A DNA stretch of 55,630 nucleotides from a virus. Shown in pieces: positions 17,201 to 25,458 of the stretch. Each line of letters opens with the position of its first letter. Positions within the stretch are counted from its first letter, which is position 1. The position numbers and the translations under genes are program-made. A model generated the notes under the pieces. The model saw only the letters and a program-made list of their open reading frames with translations. It searched no databases and was not told where the DNA came from. The stretch lies in the IMG/VR virus record IMGVR_UViG_3300045988_032220; one strand, 5' to 3'.

Positions 17201-17710
17201 GTTGAATGCAACTTCCCACTTTGCCGCCCAGTCGCCCGCCTGATCCGCAGAAATATCCATGGCCGTGCCCATTTCGGCAACGTCTTTCAGGAACCCCTCG
17301 TCTATCAGGTCGTTCATGCTCTTGCCAGACTGACCAGCTGCAGCCGCCAGACGTGTCAGCTCTTTGGCGGTGTACGGAATTTGTGTGCTCAAGTCAAGAA
17401 TATCTTTCGACATTTCCGCATAAGCGTCCGTTTTGACCTTTCCGTTCGCGTCCGTCAGACCGCTAACGTACTTCGTCACATCAAGCATTTCGCTTTCAAA
17501 TGCAACTGCTTCTTTTGTTGCATCTACCAGCCCAGCCGTAATGCCGCTGGCTATGCCCACCGTTACTTTTGCGATATTCGCCGCCAGTTTCGATGCACCG
17601 TTCGCCATGCTGCTGAGTTGAGTATTCGCAGACTTTACAGCCTGCGTCAGCGAGTTGTCAACGTGACCGCCGATCAAAATAGAAAGCTCTAGGGTTTGAT
17701 TTTTTGCCAC
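14207..17710 (-). CDS. Tail tape measure protein (1167 aa; GTG start)
   Basis: Size and position fit. TP901-type core motif (YTAKELTRLAAAAGQSG) and Gly-rich TM-like repeats. Confidence 0.9.
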   Translation of the reverse strand: MAKNQTLELSILIGGHVDNSLTQAVKSANTQLSSMANGASKLAANIAKVTVGIASGITAGLVDATKEAVAFESEMLDVTKYVSGLTDANGKVKTDAYAEMSKDILDLSTQIPYTAKELTRLAAAAGQSGKSMNDLIDEGFLKDVAEMGTAMDISADQAGDWAAKWEVAFNVNHDQVMELADQINYLGAHYATTAAEIAQTVNDTGSLGQIAGMDVQSTAALSTALLAMGVDSGKVATSIRRMYTNLSMGSKATDAQSAAFEQLGFTAEQFAKDMQKDAPAALKSLFTAIGTQPKDKQVGYLKTLLGQWAIESGAKLTGNLGLFVKTLDDVGDASKYNGSMYKEFMLKCETSESVLTMLGSAWRAVRIEVGNNFLPVLKDVAGFGIEKLNDLRAALPDIAEHVRQVIEYLLNNGDKVATTIAGIGTAWAGMRFAPQILQVVSSATKFASGAESPVGLVQKGVSGAGKAGNLWQAAKLGTQLANSAVPAGSNPSFGQRVQNTILGSVLGMQNSKKLFGAKTPAGMAKATSALFGSIQQAQASGGIIGLLKGSSIGQYGARVARSAKNLAGTDFIQNTVGIGKWIGQKVAGTQLGGFVGNMGQKAMGFGQGLLGGAKNIAGTAIGGVKNLAGRAASTKAGQFALNVGGGIAKGTGDTFKFLGSGLSLANTAVGPIAGKLGGAFMGLLGTFGPVITGIGGIIAVVSLLGDHFEDIRQIVGNVFGEKGLAMFDGFTSKIHDIAGNVRDSVSNAFSLENLQNIQQSLSGKSIFGIDDLGTTFGAVIPIIESVKGLIGQIVDLGVNHIKPLLADIMSFAVNELFPAVSPLISMIISLVGTTLINAIKLVVDVIHGLLPVIEPVIQGIVGLIKGIVSVTITVANAIIGTLNKLSFTVPDWVPALGGKQFGFNLKEVAMPAFANGGFTHGVSIAGEAGTEAVISFKPSVHDSNVENWVRAGRMLGVSGEDATRAAGVRCFANGGFTDGSKEKLDNLIDFSKAYGKYALRSNGIRTTGDALSMLWTVANNSMSGDASLALAATSLAADVAPLLLNKYLGSDSPVTTALTEAAKNYNGGTVLSSWQDGVLTDTGTPLYVLPPRDTGRTLSEIPVSAYQNTPVPGGSGGSSPQFVFAPNITITGDADRQQIASIMEDEYEKFKAFMDKYNRENNRTRYA

Positions 17711-18503
17711 TCCTCCGCCACCTCCTCGTTGATCTCCACCAGCTCACGCACGGGCAGATTTAGGTAGAAATCCGCACTCGTGTGTGTAGCCGTGGCGAGG
17801 GCTATCGCCGCCTTTCTGATGGTTTTGTATCCGCCCTTTAGGCGAAAAAATCCTTGTGGTTCACTCCTGCGCGAAGCTGTACAGCCTCCGCCAGCGGCAG
17901 GCCGAGGAAGAATGCCACATCCTTACCGGTGGCCATAGATGCGATCAGGCAGCAGTAATAGTAGTTCAGGGTCTTTTCCGCTGCGCGAATATCTTCTTCC
18001 TCCATGCGGTTTTCCGCCTGACGGACGTTCATGCCGGTAAGGTTCGCCACGCCTGACAGGTCAACTTCGGTGTATTTTTCGCCCTTGTAGGTGTAGGGCT
18101 TGCCGAACTTCATGATGTGGCTGTGCTCGTCCTCGTCGCCATCTTCCTCTGCGGCGGCGCTACGGAGCGACGCCTGAACAGTCTGGCGAACCTTCTTGCT
18201 TGCGCCGATGGGAAGCAGCTGGAAAAACTCGATGGGGAGCTTCGTTGCGGCAGCGGCCAGAGCGTCGGTGTATGCAGTCGCAGTTTCAGGGGTAATCATC
18301 ACGGCCATTTCGCCCTCGTTGTACAGTTTCTTGATGATGAGCACCGCATCCTTGATGGTCAGATCATCCAGACCGGACAGGTCGATCTCGGTATACTCCT
18401 TATCATCAAACTTGTACGGGCGGGCCAACTCGATCAGCTTCGGGTTCTTCTTAACCTCAGCGGTCTTGTCCTGTTCTGCGACGGAAGAAACATTCTTTTC
18501 CAT
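17689..18503 (-). CDS. Tail assembly chaperone, -1 frameshift fusion product
   Basis: After slippage on T_TTT_TTC the -1 frame stays open for about 51 codons (FRLKGGYKTIRKAAIALATATHTSADFYLNLPVRELVEINEEVAEEWQKIKP). It ends at TAG 17691-17689, inside the tape measure start region. Confidence 0.6.
17838..18503 (-). CDS. Tail assembly chaperone (zero-frame product, 221 aa) with internal domain duplication
   Basis: Lies between the tube and tape measure genes. Two about 95-aa halves share PY-x-F/Y-x4-YTE(I/V)DLSG-x3-LT. Confidence 0.8.
   Translation of the reverse strand: MEKNVSSVAEQDKTAEVKKNPKLIELARPYKFDDKEYTEIDLSGLDDLTIKDAVLIIKKLYNEGEMAVMITPETATAYTDALAAAATKLPIEFFQLLPIGASKKVRQTVQASLRSAAAEEDGDEDEHSHIMKFGKPYTYKGEKYTEVDLSGVANLTGMNVRQAENRMEEEDIRAAEKTLNYYYCCLIASMATGKDVAFFLGLPLAEAVQLRAGVNHKDFFA
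17844..17850 (-). promoter_or_regulatory. Programmed -1 ribosomal frameshift slippery heptamer T_TTT_TTC
   Basis: Coding strand reads GAT TTT TTC GCC TAA, an X_XXY_YYZ heptamer 2 codons before the chaperone stop. Confidence 0.6.
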
Positions 18504-18579
18504 TGTGGTTTTCCTTTCTGTTCAGATATAAAAATTGACCGCCCCGGTCTTTCGGGGCGGTCGCTTCATTTCTTTGGCG

Positions 18580-19107
18580 TTAGATCAGCGCGGTAACGTC
18601 TGCCAGCATATCCTCGCCCTGAACGCGGTATACGCCGTTCAGCTTGTCGATGGCAATGATTTCCTCGCCGTCGTTCTCGATCATGATGTAGGTCAGTTCC
18701 AGCTTAACCTTGGCTTCCATGCCCTCGCCCGCCTTGATCTTGCCGGGAGTAAACTCCTTGACGCGGCCAACCTCAACGATGCGCAGGCCCTTATAGGCAT
18801 AGCCGAGGCTCTTATCCACCGCCTGCTGTGCAACGCGGAAGGTAAGGTTCACCTGACGCTTCGGAGAAAGGACGTTGACAAAGCTCGAATATACGAGGTT
18901 GAAGGAAACTTCCTGCTCGATGGATTCAAACTGGCCGATGTTCGGTGCGGAAATCTTACCGAGGATACCAGCGCCGGAAACGTCGATAGTCTCCGAGGTG
19001 ATCTGCGGCAGAGTGATTTCCGGTGCAGTGCCAATTGCTTTCACGCCGTCAATGTAAACGTTGAAGCTGTTGACGATTTCCGGGGTCAGATTCGTGTCCA
19101 GTGCCAT
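18580..19107 (-). CDS. Tail tube protein (P2 FII-like)
   Basis: 175 aa after the sheath gene, with N-terminus VNSFNVYIDGVKAIGTAPEITLP. Confidence 0.85.
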   Translation of the reverse strand: MALDTNLTPEIVNSFNVYIDGVKAIGTAPEITLPQITSETIDVSGAGILGKISAPNIGQFESIEQEVSFNLVYSSFVNVLSPKRQVNLTFRVAQQAVDKSLGYAYKGLRIVEVGRVKEFTPGKIKAGEGMEAKVKLELTYIMIENDGEEIIAIDKLNGVYRVQGEDMLADVTALI

Positions 19108-19128
19108 TGTTTATTCCTCCTTTCTGGG

Positions 19129-20577
19129 TTAGCCCGCCAGCGCGGTAGAAATCGCGTTGGGATCAAACTCCACAATTTCCTCGATGTCCTCCGCCGGATT
19201 AAACGGAGACATATACTTGTGGAACTTCACCGTGCCATTCAGCAGATCGGTCGTGGGGTTTTCGGATTCGATGTACTGCAGCTCATAGCGGGCGCAAATG
19301 CCACGGCTGACAAAGCTGTTGCCGCGCACGTTCTCGCTGTCAACCAGAGCCTCGATCAGGCGCTTGTTCAGCGGGTCGCTGACCTTCTGGAAATAGGTCT
19401 GGATGAAGGTGTTATCATCCCAGCAGAAGAACCTGCGGACGCTGAACCAGCGATCCTTCGGGTCAGTGTTGCCGGGATAACAGGCAGTGTTGTTGCCCCA
19501 CAGACGGAAGCCGTTCATGTTCAGCCACGTTGCAACGCCGAAGGAGTTGACCACATTGGCCTGCTCCTGATCCAGCAGAACTTCCGTTCCATCTTTCAGG
19601 CAGGCAGCAGAAATAGAGATAGGCTTGTTATCCGGGCTTACGTTGGGAATATCGCCGTTGTTCGCATCGGTCGCCACGGTCGCCGCAGCAGCCATTGCCG
19701 AACCCGCATAGATCACGTCGCCAACCTTTGCGTACAGCCACACAGCGTAGCAATTCGCACTGGTCACAGCCTGCTTTTCCTTCTGACGCTTCACGTCGTC
19801 ATACTTGGTTGCACCGGCAGTAGAGCTGTCGATGTCCACGATGCACACGCAGTTGAAAACACCGTTGATGTGGCTTGTCTTTGCCTGCAGGCCAGCCGAC
19901 ACCAGTGCATTCTCCGACCAGCCCGGAGCAAGCAGAATGCCGGGGGTCATGTTCAGCTTCGGGAAAATCTGGCGAATGACTTCCATGCCGCTCTCAACAC
20001 CATCTGCAGTAACCGCACCAACGATGTCTGCCGGGGTAACAGCAGTCGGGTCGATCTGGACACCGCTCACAGTCAGGCTCGTTGCGCTGTCGCCAGCACC
20101 GCCGGGGATCACCACGATGTTCACATAACCGTTATCGTCAAATGCTGCGGTGTAGTCCGTACCAGCCGCCAGCGGAGTTTCCTCTGCCTTAACGGTCAGC
20201 TTGTCCAGCAGGATGTCCTTTTCCTCCACCACTGCAACGCCGTCATTGACCTGCACAGTTTTTTCCGGCAGATTTTTCTTGTGCTTGTTGGGATCAAGCA
20301 CGTTAATCAGGATCATCGGCGACACGCCGACGACCTTGAAACTTGCGCCCATGCTCTGGCAGACGGTGTACTTCTCATAATCATCGTCGTAACCCACTGC
20401 GGCAGTTGCGCCTGCCAGCGTATTTGCCAGCATGGGGGTATTCGTGCAGTGATACGGATCACTTGCGCGGTTGATCGGCGCAGTGCCGATAACGACCTGC
20501 AGGCCAGCAGTTGCCGTCACGGGTGCCACGATACTGGTTCCCTGCTCGGCAACATAAACGCCATGCTTGTATGCCAT
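19129..20577 (-). CDS. Contractile tail sheath protein
   Basis: 482 aa with N-terminus MAYKHGVYVAEQGTS typical of sheath proteins. Followed by the tube gene. Confidence 0.9.
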   Translation of the reverse strand: MAYKHGVYVAEQGTSIVAPVTATAGLQVVIGTAPINRASDPYHCTNTPMLANTLAGATAAVGYDDDYEKYTVCQSMGASFKVVGVSPMILINVLDPNKHKKNLPEKTVQVNDGVAVVEEKDILLDKLTVKAEETPLAAGTDYTAAFDDNGYVNIVVIPGGAGDSATSLTVSGVQIDPTAVTPADIVGAVTADGVESGMEVIRQIFPKLNMTPGILLAPGWSENALVSAGLQAKTSHINGVFNCVCIVDIDSSTAGATKYDDVKRQKEKQAVTSANCYAVWLYAKVGDVIYAGSAMAAAATVATDANNGDIPNVSPDNKPISISAACLKDGTEVLLDQEQANVVNSFGVATWLNMNGFRLWGNNTACYPGNTDPKDRWFSVRRFFCWDDNTFIQTYFQKVSDPLNKRLIEALVDSENVRGNSFVSRGICARYELQYIESENPTTDLLNGTVKFHKYMSPFNPAEDIEEIVEFDPNAISTALAG

Positions 20578-20590
20578 GTTCTCTCCCTCC

Positions 20591-20887
20591 TTAGTTCAGT
20601 GCCGCTTTCACTGCGGCAAAAAGAATACCCGCGCTGCTCTTGGGGTTCTCAAGAGCCACGCGAGTATCTTTGAATTTATCAAGAGGCACCAGCAGGCCCC
20701 TTGCCATCGGTACGGCATCAAGGAAACGGTTCACCGCATCCGGCACCGCCTTACTGTCATGGTACACCGTGTACTGCTTCACCGTGTTTTTTACCGTCGG
20801 GCCGCAGTAAACCATCGGCCCATCCTTCTTGACCGGAGTTTCGGTCGCAGCCGCCTTTTCGGTCTGAGTATTTTTTGCATTGCTCAT
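20591..20887 (-). CDS. Hypothetical head-tail region protein (98 aa)
   Basis: ATG at 20887 overlaps the upstream stop (ATGA) and has RBS GAGGAA. Confidence 0.55.
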   Translation of the reverse strand: MSNAKNTQTEKAAATETPVKKDGPMVYCGPTVKNTVKQYTVYHDSKAVPDAVNRFLDAVPMARGLLVPLDKFKDTRVALENPKSSAGILFAAVKAALN

Positions 20888-21420
20888 ATAAGTTCCTCGA
20901 TTTCCGGGTTGTTTTCGCTGCTCATGCTCGGACAAGTAACATCCATCTGCACCGTAGCGAAGTAATACGGGCTTGTATCGTCCTGTTGAATTGCGCAGTC
21001 AATGGGAAGCAACACGTTGAAATAATCGCCAAAGATGTTGTAGACGCGGAAATGCTGTCCAATATCCTGCATGATGTTGTACAAATCCAGAACGGCGGGA
21101 GCTTTTTTATCCCGCACACCTTCCTCTTTGTTGCGAATAGGTGTCTGATATGTGCAAATAATCAGGCTCATGTCCACCATTTCAGGTTCTTCCATCTTAT
21201 CAATGCTCCAACCTGCTGCCTTGACCAGAATAAACGGAGCCGCTGCAGCCACCGTATCCACATCCTCGTCATTGCCGAAGTCGGTCGGAAATTCAAAATC
21301 GAAAATGTTGAGCGGCTTATTTTTGCCTTGACCACTGAATGTCTTTCCTGCAAAGAGCTTGTCCAGTTCTTCATGCAGCTTTTTCACAGCGTCAACCGGT
21401 GTGTAATTACTCGCTCTCAC
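20884..21420 (-). CDS. Putative tail completion / neck protein (178 aa)
   Basis: Called on position only. Confidence 0.55.
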   Translation of the reverse strand: MRASNYTPVDAVKKLHEELDKLFAGKTFSGQGKNKPLNIFDFEFPTDFGNDEDVDTVAAAAPFILVKAAGWSIDKMEEPEMVDMSLIICTYQTPIRNKEEGVRDKKAPAVLDLYNIMQDIGQHFRVYNIFGDYFNVLLPIDCAIQQDDTSPYYFATVQMDVTCPSMSSENNPEIEELI

Positions 21421-22100
21421 TTTGTTTTCCTCCCGGCCTGCGTCAGAATTTTGGATACTTCATGCTGCAGCCGTTCCTGCAAGATAATCTCGCTGTCCGG
21501 CTCGACTTCCTCTCTCCATACGGTGCTATGCATCGCACTGGCAGACGGGCTGGACATGGTGTAGAGTTTTTCTACGACGCCATTCTTACTGCGCCATCTG
21601 GTCGATTTCGGATTTGCCGCCGGACGACCGATCAACCTCTGCACCATGCCGACGTGCCCACTGTCAAACTTCACAAGAAAGCCCTTGCTTGCCTGTCCCA
21701 GCGCCGTATGTCCGCCGGTCAATGCTTCCATCGGCGATTTTTTCAAAACACGCGATGTGTGGAACTCCGGCGACAACACCCAGTCCCTTCCCATATGCGG
21801 AACAGACGGGTTCGACTGGAAGTCGCCCAGATCATTTCTCCGGCTGGAAATAAAAATCTCCGCCGTCGGGTTCTGCGTTGTCGCCCTGTTGCGAACTTTC
21901 AGCGCATTCAGGTGACGACGGCCAGCAGAATTGACAGCATACCGAAGCCGCGCTTGCCGGATCATCATGTTTTTGGCTCTCGTCGCAGTCTGGTTGACAG
22001 CGTTTTTCATGGCCCGCGGGGCCTTATCCCGCATATCTCCCAGTGCACGTTCCACTTCACCGATGTTCGGCACCTGCACGTCATAGATTGCCTTTGCCAT
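21417..22100 (-). CDS. Putative head-tail connector protein (227 aa)
   Basis: Called on position. The N-terminus is weakly HK97 gp10-like. Confidence 0.55.
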   Translation of the reverse strand: MAKAIYDVQVPNIGEVERALGDMRDKAPRAMKNAVNQTATRAKNMMIRQARLRYAVNSAGRRHLNALKVRNRATTQNPTAEIFISSRRNDLGDFQSNPSVPHMGRDWVLSPEFHTSRVLKKSPMEALTGGHTALGQASKGFLVKFDSGHVGMVQRLIGRPAANPKSTRWRSKNGVVEKLYTMSSPSASAMHSTVWREEVEPDSEIILQERLQHEVSKILTQAGRKTK

Positions 22101-22435
22101 TACTGCCGCACCCTCTCCAACGTGACCAGATACAGTCCATGCTCATTTTGACAGCTTTTTATCGTGTAGCTGATTCGGTCGTACTCCATCGGCTTTCCAA
22201 TCTTTGGAGCAGGGCCATAGTCAGCCGCCCGGATAAAGAACTGCTTTTGCGAGATGTACAAGCCTTGGTCAAAGTTTTGCTTGGCACCGGCTTCCCAGTG
22301 TGACTTGCGCTCTTTCAGTCCGGTTTCATACGGCACCACATCAAACGTTTCTCCGTCGATGGTATGCTGTTCTACAAACTCCTGAAAAAACACATCGTCA
22401 ATATCAGCCATTGCCATTTCCAAAAAGTCGGTCAT
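22100..22435 (-). CDS. Putative head-tail joining/adaptor protein (111 aa)
   Basis: Called on position and size. Confidence 0.55.
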   Translation of the reverse strand: MTDFLEMAMADIDDVFFQEFVEQHTIDGETFDVVPYETGLKERKSHWEAGAKQNFDQGLYISQKQFFIRAADYGPAPKIGKPMEYDRISYTIKSCQNEHGLYLVTLERVRQ

Positions 22436-22447
22436 GGTAATACCTGC

Positions 22448-22726
22448 TTACTCTGCTGCAGTCTTGCGGCCTTTTCTGCCGGGCTTTTCCTCGGCTTCGG
22501 ATGCTTCTTCCTGCGTTTCCACATCGTTGCTGTCGGCGTCAGCCTGCTCCACAATGGCCTTAGTTTCCGCATCCAGTTCCGCTTCAGCGGCAACGCCCAA
22601 TTTCACAAGGCGTTCCGCCTCTGCATCATCAACGCAAACGACCTCGCCCGCCAGAATCAGCTTCGTGGGTGCACCAGCTTTCGCCCGGAAGCCATAGCCG
22701 CCGGAAATGATCTGAACGACCTTCAT
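22448..22726 (-). CDS. Hypothetical protein after capsid gene (92 aa, acidic C-terminus)
   Basis: ORF in operon orientation. Confidence 0.5.
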   Translation of the reverse strand: MKVVQIISGGYGFRAKAGAPTKLILAGEVVCVDDAEAERLVKLGVAAEAELDAETKAIVEQADADSNDVETQEEASEAEEKPGRKGRKTAAE

Positions 22727-22743
22727 ATTCCTGCTCCTTTCTC

Positions 22744-23820
22744 TTAGCCCACAACGTCAGCTGCATAGATGTAGGGGCAGTAGGTCTTGGGTGCGGCCAG
22801 AGGACGGCAGCCCAGACGGAGCTTGCGGGTATCCTTGTCCTGATCCACAACCAGCTTTGCAACACGCTTTGCGGCATAGGTCGTGTAGTCGGTCTTGCCG
22901 TAGTCCATCTGAGTAATGGAGCCGTACATCATATGGCCGCAGTCCGGCGCAGTCACCATAGCTGCCGTAGCCGGGAAGTATCTGGCGCTCTTGCCGGTCT
23001 CGTCCTCATAGGTTTCGTCCACGCTGAACACGTTCAGCATGAAACCGCCGAAGTTTAGCGTACCCATAAACACAACGCCGTCGTACTGGGTGAGCTGCTG
23101 GCGAATCTCGCCTACGATGATGCCGCTGTTCTTATCGAGCAGCTGGCGGGTTCTTTCGTCAGTCAGGATGTAGTCGGCCACATCAGTGCCGAGAATCAGG
23201 TCTTTTGCAGGCAGACCACGAGCAGACAGCATACGGCACATGGCCTTAACGTCGCCCCAGAAGTCACCACCGTTCTCGTTCCACTTCTTGGAAGCGGTAT
23301 AGGTATGATCGCTGGTGCCGTCGTAGAACTTCACAACCAGAGAATCGCCCTTGGTTGCACCGTCGATGTACTCCTGCATAACGCAGCCGTTGCCGATCAT
23401 GGTTTCCGCCGCCATCCATTCCTCGCGGCGGGCAATGCGGTTTTCCATGTCGTTCATGTCGTCTGCCAGCAGGCGGGCGGCACGCTGTGCTTCATCCATG
23501 CCCGGATACAGAGCCTCACCGAAGCCACGCTTAGTCAGCTCGTCGAGGGTCAGCAGACGAGACGGGGCGATATAGGCGGGCTTATAGGAATGCACCTCAT
23601 AGCTCCGGCGACCAATGGGAATGTCGCCCGCTTTCTGATCCACGAATGCCGCCAGCTTACGGTCGCCGCTACGGTACTCGGTCAGAACTTCGTTCGCCTT
23701 GAAGATGTCACCTGCCCCGGTGGGGAAATAGCGATCCTTGAAAAAGCTGACCTTCGGGACAATTTCCTCGGAAATTGCCTGAAGGATAACATTATCAAAG
23801 AAGTTAATCAGAATTGCCAT
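22744..23820 (-). CDS. Major capsid protein, lambda gpE-like
   Basis: 358 aa following a gpD-like decoration gene. The whole module is colinear with lambda Nu1-A-W-B-C-D-E. Confidence 0.88.
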   Translation of the reverse strand: MAILINFFDNVILQAISEEIVPKVSFFKDRYFPTGAGDIFKANEVLTEYRSGDRKLAAFVDQKAGDIPIGRRSYEVHSYKPAYIAPSRLLTLDELTKRGFGEALYPGMDEAQRAARLLADDMNDMENRIARREEWMAAETMIGNGCVMQEYIDGATKGDSLVVKFYDGTSDHTYTASKKWNENGGDFWGDVKAMCRMLSARGLPAKDLILGTDVADYILTDERTRQLLDKNSGIIVGEIRQQLTQYDGVVFMGTLNFGGFMLNVFSVDETYEDETGKSARYFPATAAMVTAPDCGHMMYGSITQMDYGKTDYTTYAAKRVAKLVVDQDKDTRKLRLGCRPLAAPKTYCPYIYAADVVG

Positions 23821-23835
23821 TGAAACGTCCTCCTG

Positions 23836-24234
23836 TTACATTTCGACCACAGGCAGCAGAACGATGTCCCGCATCCGCAGTGCGTCTTTGTCTGCCTCGG
23901 TCATGGTGTAGCTGTCCTTGACGGTCAGCTTGTCCGGGTTGAAACAGCCTGCCAGATAGACTGCAACGGTTTCATCCATGCTGGCCTTCATAGTCACATC
24001 CTCAATCAGGATGCAGTCAGCGGTCAGAGTATCGCCGCCGGACGCCTCGGTTCCCAGAATGTGCAGCTTTCCATCCTTTGCGCTCTTGGCAAACACCGTG
24101 CCACGCACAAAGGTGGTTTCTGCTTCCGGGCCAGCAATCACGCCGGGGCCGACGCGCTTTTTCGGGTTCACGCCTGCGATCAGGCCGTCGTACTCAACCT
24201 CGCCCAGCTTTTCACTCAGCATTTTTTCAGCCAT
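23836..24234 (-). CDS. Head decoration protein, lambda gpD-like
   Basis: 132 aa between the protease and capsid genes. Confidence 0.75.
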   Translation of the reverse strand: MAEKMLSEKLGEVEYDGLIAGVNPKKRVGPGVIAGPEAETTFVRGTVFAKSAKDGKLHILGTEASGGDTLTADCILIEDVTMKASMDETVAVYLAGCFNPDKLTVKDSYTMTEADKDALRMRDIVLLPVVEM

Positions 24235-24237
24235 CGT

Positions 24238-25458
24238 TTAGCCCTCCTTCTTCGGGTGGAACAGGTTCTTGACCATCGCACGCTTTTCGGCGTCGGTCTG
24301 GTTCTTGTTCTTCGTGCCAGTGCCAGAGACACCGTCCGGGGCAGCACCGCCAACGCTGTTTGCGCCGCTGGTATCTGCATCATCTTCGGTATCATCCAGC
24401 AGTTTGTGGCCCTTCTTCTTTGCATCCAGCGCCGCACGGTAAGCAAGCTGCTCCGCAGAACAAGCCTTGTCACCATACTTTGCCTCGGCCACCAGATCGG
24501 ACGGGACTGCATCCGCGATCTCGTCAATGGCAGCCAAACGATCACGCTCCTGCTTCTGTGCCTCCGCATGGGCTTCGTCCACAATCTCTTTCACCAGATC
24601 AGGACAGCCGTTGCGCAGTTCATCTGCGTTCTTGAACTCCATGTCGTTACCTCCATCGTTCTTGTCCGGCTTTCCTGCCGGGTCAGTGTTATTTACAAAA
24701 CCCTCAGTCGTGGCAGGGGCCACCACGGCGCGGTTTCGTACAAATTCAGGGGCATCATCAAATGTGCCCGGAACGGCAATGCTGTTGACAAACAGCGCAC
24801 CATTCCTGTTTTCGATTTTTGCAGTCTGGTTGCTTTCCGTGATTTCGTCGATGAAGCCATTTTCTTTTGCTTCTGCCGCCGTCCACCACGATGTAGCGTC
24901 CATCCACGCCGCCACTTCTTCGACGGTGTGTCCTGTCTTTTTCGCATACTGGTTCAAGACATTGGTGCGCATCACGGTCAGTGCATCCATGAGCTGCTTC
25001 AAGCCCTCCATGTCCACAAACCCGTTCGGGTTTACCTTGATGGGGTGGATCATGTAGGTTGCATCCTCTGCCGCCTTGACCACTTTGCAATGGCTGGCGA
25101 CGATGGTCGCCGCGCTGGCACAGATACCTTCGATTTGCGCTGTCACCGTGCCAAGCCTGTTTTCCAACATTGCGCCAATGGCTTGTGCGGCCCAGACATC
25201 CCCGCCGCCGCTGCAAATACGGACAGTCAGGTCATCCATAGCCGGAATCGTCGCAAGGTCTGCGGCGAACGCCTGCGGGGTCACTTCATCACCCCACCAG
25301 CTCGTACGGCTAATATCACCGTAAAGCAGAAGTTCCGCCGTGCCGCCGGTCTCGGCTGCATTGCGGAACTCCCAAAACTTCTTGTTACTCGGACTTGCCG
25401 GGGTCGCCGCCGCTCCGTTGAGGAACAGCGGTTTGCTGTTGCACTTGTGCTCCCGCAA
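24238..25458 (-). CDS. Head maturation protease (ClpP/S14-like) with scaffold-like C-terminus; TTG start
   Basis: LLYGDI...ICSGGGDVWAAQAIGAML...EGICASAATIVA (ClpP-like). TTG start preceded by GGAGGTGG. Confidence 0.85.
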   Translation of the reverse strand: MREHKCNSKPLFLNGAAATPASPSNKKFWEFRNAAETGGTAELLLYGDISRTSWWGDEVTPQAFAADLATIPAMDDLTVRICSGGGDVWAAQAIGAMLENRLGTVTAQIEGICASAATIVASHCKVVKAAEDATYMIHPIKVNPNGFVDMEGLKQLMDALTVMRTNVLNQYAKKTGHTVEEVAAWMDATSWWTAAEAKENGFIDEITESNQTAKIENRNGALFVNSIAVPGTFDDAPEFVRNRAVVAPATTEGFVNNTDPAGKPDKNDGGNDMEFKNADELRNGCPDLVKEIVDEAHAEAQKQERDRLAAIDEIADAVPSDLVAEAKYGDKACSAEQLAYRAALDAKKKGHKLLDDTEDDADTSGANSVGGAAPDGVSGTGTKNKNQTDAEKRAMVKNLFHPKKEG

